Of a stretch of DNA of 64,000 nt, positions 1 through 9,440 are shown one piece after another. This stretch comes from Gemmatimonadota bacterium. GTDB lineage: Bacteria > Latescibacterota > UBA2968 > UBA8231. The translations under genes were made by a program, and so were the position numbers. Position 1 is the first letter of the stretch. Each line of letters starts with the position of its first letter. The stretch is from contig JAYOYH010000009.1 of assembly GCA_038153405.1 (NCBI GenBank), positions 59,161 to 123,160 on the forward strand. The letters are read 5' to 3'. The notes beneath the pieces were generated by a model that saw nothing but the letters and a program-made list of their open reading frames with translations, did not search any database and had not been told where the DNA came from.

Positions 1-371
1 TCGGCGTGCTGACGGTGCTCTACCTCGTGCAGGTGCCGCTGAGCATCGTGGTATTTATCGGCCTTATCATGCTGGCCGGTATTGTCGTTAACAACGCTAT
101 TGTTCTGGTCGACTACATCAATACGCTGCGCCGTTCCGGTATGGAAAAAGTGGAGGCAATCGTGCGCGCCGGCAGCGTGCGCCTGCGTCCCATTCTAATG
201 ACGACCTCGACGACGGTGCTCGGCCTGTTGCCCATGGCGTTGGGGCTGGGCGAGGGAGCCGAGATCCGCACGCCGATGGCCCTGACGGTAATCGCCGGCC
301 TGACCAGTTCCACCGTGCTTACGCTGATCGTCATTCCCACCGTCTACGCGCTGGTCGATCGCGGGGAATAG
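1..371 (+). CDS. RND efflux permease (AcrB/AcrD/AcrF family), C-terminal part; 5' end outside window
   Basis: TM10-12 motifs GIVVNNAIVLVD, RLRPILMT and PMALTVIAGL; the frame is open to the window edge. Confidence 0.9.
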   Translation, partial: GVLTVLYLVQVPLSIVVFIGLIMLAGIVVNNAIVLVDYINTLRRSGMEKVEAIVRAGSVRLRPILMTTSTTVLGLLPMALGLGEGAEIRTPMALTVIAGLTSSTVLTLIVIPTVYALVDRGE

Positions 372-381
372 GAGAAAGGCA

Positions 382-3300
382 ATGGACAACGAGCGCCAAT
401 ACCCGCTGCCGCGCTTTTCGGTCAACCGCCCGGTTACCGTCGCCATGATCTTGGTGGCGCTGCTGGTCGTCGGTGCCATCGCCTACACGCGCATTCCTCT
501 GACCCTCTTTCCCGAAGGCATGGAGTATCCGCGCCTTTTTGCTTGGGCACCCTATCCCAACGCCGGCGCGATCGAAGTCGAAAAAAAAGTCGTGCGCCTG
601 ATGGAAGAAGCCGTGGCGCAGGTCAGCAGCGTCAAGCGCATCCAGTCCGGAGCCAACAGGGGCAATGGCTACGTCAATGTCGAGTTTCAGAAGGGTACGG
701 ATCTGCAGGTGGCCTTTGCCGAGATGAAAGATCGCCTCGATCGCATCATGCCGGAACTGCCCGACGAAATCGAGCAGATGTGGGTGCGGCGCTGGGACCA
801 GAGCGACATACCTATTCTCGCCGGCGCCATCGCCTTTCCGCCCGGAACGGTCGACCCGCGCTTTTTGCTCGACACCTATATAGAGCCCGCCTTTCGCCGC
901 ATCGACGGCGTCGGCAATGTCGAACTATGGGGCACGCCGGGCAAGCAAGTGCTCGTCGAGGTCGACCAGAACAAGCTGCGCAGCCACGGGGTCAATATGT
1001 TTCAAACGGTCAACGATCTGCGCAGTCAGAATCTAACGGTGCCCGGCGGCTGGATTATTGAAGGTGGCAAGAAAATCTACCTGCGCTCGATGGGGCGTTA
1101 TAGCACGATTGACGAGCTGCGCGAAACGGTCATTGATCCACAGCACCAGCTCAGCTTGGGCGATATCGCTTCGGTGTCGTACAAGCCGCCGCGCAAGGAC
1201 TGGGCGAACCGAATCAACGGTCAGGAGTCGATGGGGTTTGAGATCGTTCGCGCCGCCGAGGCCAATATCGTGCACATTTCGCGCGAGGTCGAAGCCACGC
1301 TGAAAAAACTAGAGCAGCATCCCCAGCTGCAGGGTATAGAGTACGTGATCTTTTGGGACCAAGGCGATCACGTAACATCGTCGGTCTACAACCTGCAAAA
1401 CTCGGGGTTGTGGGGTGGGCTGTTTGCCGCGCTCGTACTCTTTTTTTTCCTGCGCGCCGTGCGCATGACGTTGATCATCACGCTGGCGATTCCGCTGTGT
1501 ATTCTCGTTACGATCACGGTTCTCTACTTTGCCGGCTGGTCGCTCAATATGGCGACGATGATGGGGCTTATGCTGAGTCTGGGCCTAGTCGTCGACAATG
1601 CCATCGTCATTGTCGAAAATATTTTCCGCATGCGCCAGAACGGCGTCGATCCGCGCCGAGCGTCGATTGAAGGAGCCGGTGAAGTGGGACTGGCCGTCAC
1701 CATGGCCACGCTGACGACGGTGGTGGTTTTCCTGCCGCTCATTCTGATGGGTTCCGACGACAATATGGCTTTTTGGATGCTGCGGATTGGCATACCCGTT
1801 ATCGTCGGTCTCGTCGCATCGCTGCTCATTGCTCTACTCATTATACCCCTGGCGGCGCTGAAAATGGGCGCGGCCAAGGAGCGCGGGGATCTGGCCGCCA
1901 TAGTGTGGATGCGCCGTCGCTACGAAGGCGCGCTGCGCTGGGTTCTAACCCATCGCCTCGACGCGTTTATTCTGGTCGCTCTAGCCGTCGCTAGCATGAA
2001 AATCCCCATGGACGGCCTGAAGAAAACCGACCAAAACGATCGCGACGAGACGCGTATGGACCTGGCGTTTGATATGCCGTCGGGACAGGGCTTGGAGCAG
2101 GCCGAAGCCTTTATGATTGCCGTTGAGGATACGCTGGTCGCGCACGCGGAGCAATACAACATTGAGAATGTGCGCACTTATGTGCGCGCAGGCCAAGGTC
2201 GCATATCGATGTTTCTCAAGGAAGAGAAAGATCTCGATTGGTATTCGGTGGCTTGGGATGACTTGCTGAAGAGCGTTGGCCTGCGCGAGCAAACCCATCT
2301 CAACTACAAAGAGATGGAAGAGGATATTCGCAAGCGCTTAGTGGTGCCCGCTGGCACATCGCTGCGCATCAATTGGGAGAACGCGCAGCAGGATGCCGCT
2401 GTCAACGTCACGCTCTACGGAGAGGATACGCACGTGCTGATGGGGCTGGCCCTAGAGGTGGAGCGGCGCTTGGAAAATATCCCCGGCCTGCTGTCGGTCG
2501 ACACCGATATGGACCGCGGCGGCACCGAACTCCAGCTGCGTCTTGACCGCGGTCAGCTACAGCGATTGGGCGTTAGTGCCCAAGTGGTATCGGGCAATAT
2601 AGCCTATGCACTGCGCGGGCATAATATCAATAAGTTCCACACCGAAGACGGGCGCGAGGTGGATATACAGGTGCAGTTAGAGGAGTTTGATCGCAAGAAT
2701 ATGCAGGACCTGCGCGCCATTACCTTTCCCACCGAGGACGGACGCGAGGTGCCGCTCGAGTCGCTGGCCGATATCTACGTAGAGCGCACGCTGGGCGGCA
2801 TCCGCCGCGACGATCGCCAGACGGTGCTCAACGTCGTCGCCCGCGCCAACAAAGACGACGCTCAGGCGCTCTTTGGCCAAGTCGACTTGGCGATGCGGGG
2901 TTTTGAAATGCCGCGCGGCTATCGCTGGGATAAAGGCGACCGCTACGTGCGGCTCGAGGAACAGGATAGTTCTATGAAGTTTGCCGTCATCATGTCGGTG
3001 ACGTTTGTATTTTTGCTCATGGGCGTTCTCTTTGAGTCGTTCGTGCTGCCCCTTTCTGTCATCATATCGATTCCCTTTTCGTTTCTCGGCGTCTATTGGA
3101 CGCTCTATCTGACGAATACGCCGCAGGACATTATGTCGGTTATCGGCATGGTCATCCTCATCGGCGTCGTCGTCAACAACGCCATTGTGCTGATCGACTT
3201 GGCCAACCGACTGCGCGACGGGGGCATGGAGCGCACGGAGGCGCTAATGGAGGCGGGCATGCACCGCTTTCGACCCATTTTAATGACGACGTTTACCACG

Positions 3301-3531
3301 GCGTTTGGTCTGATTCCGATGGCCGTAGGCAATTCCAAGCTGGTTGGGCTGGCCTACGCGCCGCTGGGGCGCACGATGATGGGTGGTCTGCTCGCGTCGA
3401 TGGTGTTGACGCTCGTACTCGTGCCACTGTTTTACACGTTCTTCGACGATTTTCGCACACTGGTGCAAAACGTCATGGCATCGGCCTTTGTGCGCCGAGA
3501 GAAAAAAGAAGCGGCGGAAACGGCCGGGTAG
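382..3531 (+). CDS. RND efflux permease (AcrB/AcrD/AcrF family), 1049 aa; probable second subunit of a tandem pair
   Basis: N-terminal FSVNRPV, GLVVDNAIVIVENI, GVVVNNAIVLID and RFRPILMT; RBS AGGAG upstream; full RND length. Confidence 0.93.
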   Translation: MDNERQYPLPRFSVNRPVTVAMILVALLVVGAIAYTRIPLTLFPEGMEYPRLFAWAPYPNAGAIEVEKKVVRLMEEAVAQVSSVKRIQSGANRGNGYVNVEFQKGTDLQVAFAEMKDRLDRIMPELPDEIEQMWVRRWDQSDIPILAGAIAFPPGTVDPRFLLDTYIEPAFRRIDGVGNVELWGTPGKQVLVEVDQNKLRSHGVNMFQTVNDLRSQNLTVPGGWIIEGGKKIYLRSMGRYSTIDELRETVIDPQHQLSLGDIASVSYKPPRKDWANRINGQESMGFEIVRAAEANIVHISREVEATLKKLEQHPQLQGIEYVIFWDQGDHVTSSVYNLQNSGLWGGLFAALVLFFFLRAVRMTLIITLAIPLCILVTITVLYFAGWSLNMATMMGLMLSLGLVVDNAIVIVENIFRMRQNGVDPRRASIEGAGEVGLAVTMATLTTVVVFLPLILMGSDDNMAFWMLRIGIPVIVGLVASLLIALLIIPLAALKMGAAKERGDLAAIVWMRRRYEGALRWVLTHRLDAFILVALAVASMKIPMDGLKKTDQNDRDETRMDLAFDMPSGQGLEQAEAFMIAVEDTLVAHAEQYNIENVRTYVRAGQGRISMFLKEEKDLDWYSVAWDDLLKSVGLREQTHLNYKEMEEDIRKRLVVPAGTSLRINWENAQQDAAVNVTLYGEDTHVLMGLALEVERRLENIPGLLSVDTDMDRGGTELQLRLDRGQLQRLGVSAQVVSGNIAYALRGHNINKFHTEDGREVDIQVQLEEFDRKNMQDLRAITFPTEDGREVPLESLADIYVERTLGGIRRDDRQTVLNVVARANKDDAQALFGQVDLAMRGFEMPRGYRWDKGDRYVRLEEQDSSMKFAVIMSVTFVFLLMGVLFESFVLPLSVIISIPFSFLGVYWTLYLTNTPQDIMSVIGMVILIGVVVNNAIVLIDLANRLRDGGMERTEALMEAGMHRFRPILMTTFTTAFGLIPMAVGNSKLVGLAYAPLGRTMMGGLLASMVLTLVLVPLFYTFFDDFRTLVQNVMASAFVRREKKEAAETAG

Positions 3532-3535
3532 GCTA

Positions 3536-5068
3536 CTAGTGCAAGAGGTAGAGGTCGTAATAGACGGCTGTGCAGCCAACAGCTTCGCGTTTGGCGCTGC
3601 CGATGAATCGACTCGAGCGATCGTGCAGTGAGCGCGGAACGGGGGTGTCCTGCCGCGCCACAAAGAGGATCGCCGCGCTCGGTGCCAGACGGTTTCTCGC
3701 GTCGGTTAGATCGCGGAAGCGCGGGTCGTCCACCGTGTAGTAGGTGCGCGGTGTATTGGCGTAGTAGGCCAGGCCGAAGGGAATGCTGTACTGATTGCTC
3801 ACTAGCGGCGTCTGCACGGCGATGTTGCGCTGTGCCAGCAGCGCGTCCACGCTGTGGCTAAAGGCACTCCAGCCGCCGTATTCACAAACTCTTTCGCTCC
3901 ACGAATAGGAGGGCTCGCGCGCGCGGTCTACACGCGAAACGAGGCCGACGTAGCTCTGGTCGATTCGACTGCGCTCGACCCATGCGCCGACCGTTCCCGG
4001 ATATTTGAGTGCCCACCCGATCCCCACGGCTTGCAGCAGGCCGCTGAGGATCAACGCCGGATAGAGCCCGCGTCGCGCAGGCAGGTTAAAGGCTAGCGGC
4101 CACAGGCTGAGAAAACCGACGAGAATCCAATTGCCCTTTATTTGACCCCTGTGAAAGGCGAAGAACAAGAAGGCGCCGAGCGTGCACAGGGCCGGTAGAA
4201 GGGCTAGCGCCACATCGGGACTCCACGCGCGCCGGACGCTGCCCAGTGCTTTCCACAGCGCGCTGTAGAGCAGGTAGAGCAGCAGGGGCGAGGCAAAGAG
4301 GAGTGGGTTTATGGCAAAGAATAGCAGTCGGGCAAGTGGGCTGTCGAGCGCCTCTATTTTCGACAACGTGCTGAGGGTGTGCGGCAGGTAAAACGCCGTG
4401 CTGAGCTGGGCGTAGACAAGTGGGGAGGACACGCACAGGGCCGCAATGGCAAATGCAGCTATTGCCATAGGGTGCTGTTTAGCAGGGCGAGAAAAGAGCA
4501 GAAACAGGCCCAGGCCTGCGGTTAGAAAGGCGCCAGAGTACTTGCACAGCACGGCCAGCCCGCAGGCTGCGCCCATACACAAATAATCGGTCAGGCGATG
4601 CGTATTGCAGGCGCGCCGCGCGGCGCGCAGCGCCAGTAGCCAGCAGGCGGTTAGGAAGGCGTCGGGATGCAGGTATGAACTCGTATGCCAGGCCCAGTGA
4701 CTGCAGGCAAAAGCCGCCGCCGCCCAGCGCGCGCGCGCGGTTGGTAGTCCGCAGTCTAAACACAGGCGATAGAGCGAATATACCGACAGCGAGCCGAGGA
4801 GCAGAGACGGCATGCGCAAGAAGTGTTCGCCGTGCGGAGCCAGCGCTTCGGCCAAGGCAATGAGCGAAAAAGGAACGAGGGCATAGCTGGCATCGAGATG
4901 CTGGCTCCAATACCAGTAGAGGGCCTCGTCTTTGCCCAACTCGACGCCGTAGGTTAGCCAGCCTTTTGCTAAGGTATACGCGGCCAGTGCCAGTGCCCAA
5001 GTCGCATTGACTAGGTATGGGCTCCCCTTTATATTCTGGTCTCTGTTGGATGCGGTATTAGATATCAT
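3536..5068 (-). CDS. Glycosyltransferase family 39 / ArnT-PMT-like integral membrane protein (start uncertain)
   Basis: DEALYWYWSQHL motif, LRMPSLL, PDA, G..LCKYSG and many TM segments. The ORF-track extension to 5443 overlaps clpP and is not credible. Confidence 0.8.
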   Translation of the reverse strand: MISNTASNRDQNIKGSPYLVNATWALALAAYTLAKGWLTYGVELGKDEALYWYWSQHLDASYALVPFSLIALAEALAPHGEHFLRMPSLLLGSLSVYSLYRLCLDCGLPTARARWAAAAFACSHWAWHTSSYLHPDAFLTACWLLALRAARRACNTHRLTDYLCMGAACGLAVLCKYSGAFLTAGLGLFLLFSRPAKQHPMAIAAFAIAALCVSSPLVYAQLSTAFYLPHTLSTLSKIEALDSPLARLLFFAINPLLFASPLLLYLLYSALWKALGSVRRAWSPDVALALLPALCTLGAFLFFAFHRGQIKGNWILVGFLSLWPLAFNLPARRGLYPALILSGLLQAVGIGWALKYPGTVGAWVERSRIDQSYVGLVSRVDRAREPSYSWSERVCEYGGWSAFSHSVDALLAQRNIAVQTPLVSNQYSIPFGLAYYANTPRTYYTVDDPRFRDLTDARNRLAPSAAILFVARQDTPVPRSLHDRSSRFIGSAKREAVGCTAVYYDLYLLH

Positions 5069-5083
5069 TTTGGAGATTGTTAA

Positions 5084-5692
5084 ATGGCCGAAGAGAACGA
5101 AGATCTGCTCAAGAACCTCCAGGAAAAAAACTTGGAATTGAGCCTGTATAAAGCGCGCAAAATCTTTCTGTGGTCCGACGTCAACGACGAGTCGGCACGG
5201 GGTATCGTCACGCGTTTGCTGTCGCTCGATACAGAAGATCCGGAAAAGGAAATCGTGCTCTATATCAACAGCCCCGGCGGCTCCGTGCACGATGGCATGG
5301 CCATCTACGATGCCATGCGCGCCATCAAGGCACCGGTCTCTACCGTGTGCATCGGCATGGCGATGAGCATGGGCTCGTTTCTCCTTTCGGCCGGCGAACC
5401 CGGCCGCCGCTTTGCCTGGCCGCATGCGCGCATCATGATCCATCAGCCGCTGATTATGGGCACGGTGACGGGCACGGCAACTGACTTAGATATTCGCGCG
5501 CGAGAGACCATTCGCCTGCGCGAAGAGTTGAACCAGATCTACGCCGAGCACACGGGTCAGGACGTGGAGAAAATTGCCAAAGACACTGACCGCGACTTCT
5601 TTATGTCGGCGGCGGAGGCCAAGGACTACGGGATCATAGACGATGTGATTACCACCACCGCGCCGATGCCCAACGGCCAGGTAAAGAGCTAA
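5084..5692 (+). CDS. clpP: ATP-dependent Clp protease proteolytic subunit
   Basis: [16 protein letters not shown] (Ser), IMIHQP (His) and [25 protein letters not shown]. Confidence 0.96.
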   Translation: MAEENEDLLKNLQEKNLELSLYKARKIFLWSDVNDESARGIVTRLLSLDTEDPEKEIVLYINSPGGSVHDGMAIYDAMRAIKAPVSTVCIGMAMSMGSFLLSAGEPGRRFAWPHARIMIHQPLIMGTVTGTATDLDIRARETIRLREELNQIYAEHTGQDVEKIAKDTDRDFFMSAAEAKDYGIIDDVITTTAPMPNGQVKS

Positions 5693-5715
5693 AATCCGCC
5701 CCCTTTGCTGCGGCG

Positions 5716-5755
5716 AAAAAGGGCCGATTCCCCGTGCGGGGAGTCGGCCCTTTTT
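5716..5755. terminator. Bidirectional intrinsic terminator between convergent clpP and mutM
   Basis: AAAAA-GGGCCGATTCCCC-gtgc-GGGGAGTCGGCCC-TTTTT: a 13-bp stem with A and T tracts on either side. Confidence 0.9.
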
Positions 5756-6563
5756 ATTGCTGGCAGCGGGGGCAGAAAAACGTGTTGCGCCCGCCCATAA
5801 CGATGCTCTCCAGCGCATCGTTGCAGCGGCGACAGGGCTGGCCGGCCCGCCCGTAGACGGCCAGGCGCTGCTGAAAGCGTCCTCCTTCGCCCGAACCCAA
5901 ATAATCGCTGATGGTGGTGCCGCCTTTGCGCACGGCGTTGCGCAGCACGCGCTTGATGCAACGCACCAGTTCGGCTAGCGCCTCATCGGCAATTGTCCCT
6001 GCCGGCGTCTGCGGATTAATGCCGGCGTAATAGAGCGATTCGCTGGCGTATATATTGCCGACGCCAACGACGATGTGGCCGTCCATAATGAGATTTTTAA
6101 TGGGCGTGCTGCGTTCGCGGCAGGCGGCGGTCAGATAGCGCCCAGTGAACGCGGTCGTCAGCGGTTCTGCGCCGAGACTGTTCAAGTAGCGACACTGCGC
6201 CTCTTCCCCCTCCTCGAGCACGATGACCAGGCCAAAGCGCCGCGGATCGTTAAAGACGAGCGGGCGTTCACCATCGAGATAAAAGACGACGTGGTCGTGT
6301 TTGGCGCCGGGGTCGCGCAGCAGCAAATTGCCGCTCATGCCCAGGTGGACGAGCAGCGTTGTGCCAGAGTCCAGGTCGAGTAAGAGATACTTGGCCCGGC
6401 GCCGGGCACTGGTGAAGCGCTCGCCGCGCAGACTCTGCAAGCGCGGTCGGTCTAGCTGTTCGCGAAGCCGTTTGTCGGATGTTTCTACGCGGCAGATTGC
6501 ACGACCGGGTAGGGCTTCTTGCATCGCGCGGCGCACGGTTTCCACTTCGGGTAGTTCGGGCAT
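5754..6563 (-). CDS. mutM: Formamidopyrimidine-DNA glycosylase (Fpg)
   Basis: True N-terminus MPELPEVE at 6563, RRAKYLL, HLGMSG, GVGNIYASE and a C-terminal zinc finger CRRC...FFCPRCQ. Confidence 0.96.
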   Translation of the reverse strand: MPELPEVETVRRAMQEALPGRAICRVETSDKRLREQLDRPRLQSLRGERFTSARRRAKYLLLDLDSGTTLLVHLGMSGNLLLRDPGAKHDHVVFYLDGERPLVFNDPRRFGLVIVLEEGEEAQCRYLNSLGAEPLTTAFTGRYLTAACRERSTPIKNLIMDGHIVVGVGNIYASESLYYAGINPQTPAGTIADEALAELVRCIKRVLRNAVRKGGTTISDYLGSGEGGRFQQRLAVYGRAGQPCRRCNDALESIVMGGRNTFFCPRCQQ

Positions 6564-6570
6564 GCGAAGG

Positions 6571-6599
6571 AGTATATACGGGGGTGCACACGGCGTCAA
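6571..6599 (-). promoter_or_regulatory. Sigma70-type promoter of mutM (probably leaderless)
   Basis: Minus strand TTGACG-17 nt-TATACT, followed by 7 nt and the ATG. Confidence 0.7.
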
Positions 6600-6660
6600 T
6601 ATTGCTGCATTGGCGCGCCGCCGTATTTTGTACGAGCACACGCAAAAGGAGTGAGTACAT

Positions 6661-7971
6661 ATGGATTTGACTAGACAACCGCCGCGCCGCCCTTCAAATG
6701 TGAATATGGCGGGCATCGTGGGCCTGGCCCGCATGACCGACAAGGCGCGCGCATACAACAGCGAGACATTGGAACCCTATCTGTACGGCGATGACTCGAA
6801 TCTCGATACGGAAGTGCTGGGCCTTATCGGTATGAATGCAGGTGACTTTGCCGAGGCGGCCGAGGCGATGAGCGACGAAGAACTCGTGGTTCGCGTGCGC
6901 GAGTCGATCGAGCACATTGGGCGCATGCACAGTGAGATAGACGCGTTTAATCGCGAGCGGCTCGAACGTCATCCACACGACGAGCGCCACCGCGCTCTGC
7001 TGGCGGAGCGCTTGGAAAAGTACGCGCCCGGCCGCACCGATATAAAGACGATCTTCGCCTCGCTCGAGTTAGACGACTGGGGTCAGTTTCGCGAGATGGA
7101 CCTGACGATAGAGCCGCCGCGCACGCCCTATTTGCGCAGTGTATTTGGCGTAATGGGTGCGGCGCGCATGGCCGATAAGGCCCGCGCTGCCCGCGCGGGT
7201 AAGTTGGGCGCCTATCGCTACGGCGACGATTCGGGTTTGGACAAGGCGATTCTCGAATTCCTTGGCATTGGCGCCGAAGACTTTATGGAGGCGGCCTATG
7301 CCAATCCCAACGATACGGAGCTTTCCGAGTGGGTCGCCCAGCAGGTGGAAAAGACGCCGTCGGAAAAGTGCACATTTAATGCGCTGCGCGCCCAGTTCGG
7401 GCGCTTTGGCGACGTGCGTGCCGCTTTTCTGCGCCGCAGGGACGAGGTTGGATGCAACAGCGGCAACGTCGACACCTATTTTGATCTGATGGACGTTGAC
7501 GACGAACAGAGCTTTGGCGTGGTCGATCTGCGCCGGCATGCTCCGCGCAGCATCTACGATACGAGCGTGGCCGGCATTGCCGGGTTGGCGCGGGCCATCG
7601 ACAAAGCGCGCGCCCACAACGGCCGGATGTTGGGCGCCTACTGGTTTGGCGACGATTCCGGCTTTGATCGGGCGGTGCTCAAATTGGTCGGTAGCACAGC
7701 GGCCGAATTTGCCGAGGCGACCAATGCATGTGCCGATGATGAGGCCGTGCTGGCGTGGTTGGGCGACCGAGTCAGCGGTAAGAGCGACGAGGAAAAGGCG
7801 GAGTTTAATCAGTCGCTGTGGACTGCATCGCCGCGCGACGATCACCAGTGGGCCGCTGTACGGAAAGTGGTGGGTGCGCTCGATCCACGGCGCCAGGACG
7901 TATGCTGCTTTGCGGCAATGACGGCGCTCGACGACAGCGTGTTCTTTGCGCGCATGAAGGCCGGCGTCTAA
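6661..7971 (+). CDS. Protein with three tandem DUF5069-like domains
   Basis: Three copies of DL...PR...G..G.AR..DKARA.....L..Y..GDDS..D; RBS AAGGAG. Confidence 0.8.
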   Translation: MDLTRQPPRRPSNVNMAGIVGLARMTDKARAYNSETLEPYLYGDDSNLDTEVLGLIGMNAGDFAEAAEAMSDEELVVRVRESIEHIGRMHSEIDAFNRERLERHPHDERHRALLAERLEKYAPGRTDIKTIFASLELDDWGQFREMDLTIEPPRTPYLRSVFGVMGAARMADKARAARAGKLGAYRYGDDSGLDKAILEFLGIGAEDFMEAAYANPNDTELSEWVAQQVEKTPSEKCTFNALRAQFGRFGDVRAAFLRRRDEVGCNSGNVDTYFDLMDVDDEQSFGVVDLRRHAPRSIYDTSVAGIAGLARAIDKARAHNGRMLGAYWFGDDSGFDRAVLKLVGSTAAEFAEATNACADDEAVLAWLGDRVSGKSDEEKAEFNQSLWTASPRDDHQWAAVRKVVGALDPRRQDVCCFAAMTALDDSVFFARMKAGV

Positions 7972-8666
7972 TGGCGCGACCGCTCATTGGCATTACCACG
8001 AGTCTGACGGAAACGGCCCAGGTGCTGCAGCGGCGCTACGTCGATGCGGTCGAGCGCGCCGGCGGTGCGCCGGTTATCGTCGCCCAAACGGCTGTCGCGG
8101 AAGCGCAGCGCCCGCTGCTCGACGCGCTAGACGGACTGATCATTACGGGCGGTCCCGGTATTACGCAGGGCCTGGTCGGCGAACTGCCGGACGATTTGCC
8201 CGCCGTGGATCTGCACCGCTGGCAGTCCGATTGTACTGCTTTTGACGCACTGCAAGAGCGGCACCGTCCAATGCTGGGCATCTGCTACGGCATGCAGTTT
8301 ATCAATGCGCGCCTAGGCGGTACGCTCTACGCCGACGTCGAGGCCCAGCTGGGCGTAGTGCCCCATTCGCCCAAGCGGACGGAAGGGCGCGAGATTGCGC
8401 ACGATATTGCGCTGAGCGAGGGGTCTACCCTGGCTTCGATTGTCGGAACCCGTCGCGCTGTGGCTAATAGCTTTCACCTACAGGCCGTTGAGCAGGTGGG
8501 CCAGGGACTGAGGGTAAGTGGATACTCTGACGACGGGTTGATCGAAGCCATTGAGGGAGAAGAGGGGCGATTGGTGGGCGTGCAGTTTCACCCCGAGGCG
8601 ATGCCGGGGTCGGCGTGGGACCGCCTCTTTGAACACTTAGTCGCCCGCGCCAACCAGCGGGACTAG
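7971..8666 (+). CDS. Gamma-glutamyl-gamma-aminobutyrate hydrolase family (peptidase C26, class I glutamine amidotransferase fold)
   Basis: RPLIGIT, GICYGMQ (Cys), NSFHLQAV and GVQFHPE (His-Glu); the ATG overlaps the upstream TAA (TAATG). Confidence 0.9.
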   Translation: MARPLIGITTSLTETAQVLQRRYVDAVERAGGAPVIVAQTAVAEAQRPLLDALDGLIITGGPGITQGLVGELPDDLPAVDLHRWQSDCTAFDALQERHRPMLGICYGMQFINARLGGTLYADVEAQLGVVPHSPKRTEGREIAHDIALSEGSTLASIVGTRRAVANSFHLQAVEQVGQGLRVSGYSDDGLIEAIEGEEGRLVGVQFHPEAMPGSAWDRLFEHLVARANQRD

Positions 8667-9355
8667 GCGTCGCGCGAACGCCACGCGTCGCGGGCCTGCC
8701 GGCTCGCGACCTGCACGAGGCGATTTTCCTCGAGGAGATAGCCGGTAAGGGCGCGCCCGTAGACGCAGCCGGTATCGAGGCCCAGCAGGTAGGTAGAGCC
8801 GTCGCGCTCTTTGACGACGAGGCCGCCCGGCGCATCGTGGCCAAAGATTAGCAGCGGATGCTGAGATGGCTCGTACGCATCGTGCCAGCGCGGTCCCTCA
8901 ATGCGGCCTTCGACAGGCGGCCAGGTGCGGATGGCAATGAACTCCTCAAAACGCGTGCCGGACAGTCCGCGCTCTGGGTTGATGCCCGCGTGCACCAACA
9001 GAAACGCAGTGTCCTCTAGGTAGAGCGGCAGTTCGTCGAGCCAAGAACGCAGCGCGCTCCACACCGGTTCGAGCTGGCGCAGGGCGTAGCGCTGGTCGGG
9101 TCTGGCGTGCTGCAGATCGCCTCCCAGCAGCCGATCGCCCAACTGCTGGCGCAGACGCACGTCGTGATTGCCCAGCACCATCTCTGCCTCGCATTCGCAG
9201 ATGCGCTGCCAGACGCCGAGCGGATCGGGTCCGCGGGCAAAAGCGTCACCGGTCAGCAACAGGCGGTCTTGCCCAACGGCAAAGTGGGCCGCAGAAAGAA
9301 GTTCGTCGAGTTCCTCTGCACATCCGTGTACATCGCCGACGACTAGCGTGCGCAT
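8663..9355 (-). CDS. ApaH-like metallophosphoesterase (symmetrical Ap4A hydrolase / PPP family)
   Basis: GDVHGC, TGDAFARGP (ApaH-type GDxxARGP), LGNHD, VHAG, FGH and LDTGCVYG. Confidence 0.85.
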   Translation of the reverse strand: MRTLVVGDVHGCAEELDELLSAAHFAVGQDRLLLTGDAFARGPDPLGVWQRICECEAEMVLGNHDVRLRQQLGDRLLGGDLQHARPDQRYALRQLEPVWSALRSWLDELPLYLEDTAFLLVHAGINPERGLSGTRFEEFIAIRTWPPVEGRIEGPRWHDAYEPSQHPLLIFGHDAPGGLVVKERDGSTYLLGLDTGCVYGRALTGYLLEENRLVQVASRQARDAWRSRDA

Positions 9356-9375
9356 CGCATATCCTCTACTTGGTA

Positions 9376-9404
9376 TTGCATCCGAACGGTGAAAAGGCTA
9401 TCAT
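9376..9404 (+). promoter_or_regulatory. Sigma70-type promoter upstream of the sulfatase maturase
   Basis: TTGCAT-17 nt-TATCAT, 36 nt before the ATG. Confidence 0.55.
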
Positions 9405-9440
9405 AAGCCCCATATACGAACGCTGTTTAGAGCGAGCCCT

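Noticed and set aside
1585..3200. RND proton-relay motifs read VDN and VNN instead of AcrB's DD and K
   Set aside because: These variants are common in this RND subfamily and are not evidence of inactivity or novelty.
5069..5443. ORF-track N-terminal extension of the GT39 protein (635 aa)
   Set aside because: It is the antisense shadow of clpP; GT39 features begin only near 5010.
9225..9260. GDAFARG lacks the second Asp of the PPP motif GDxxDRG
   Set aside because: ApaH-type enzymes naturally have GDxxARG, so this is not a degenerate site.
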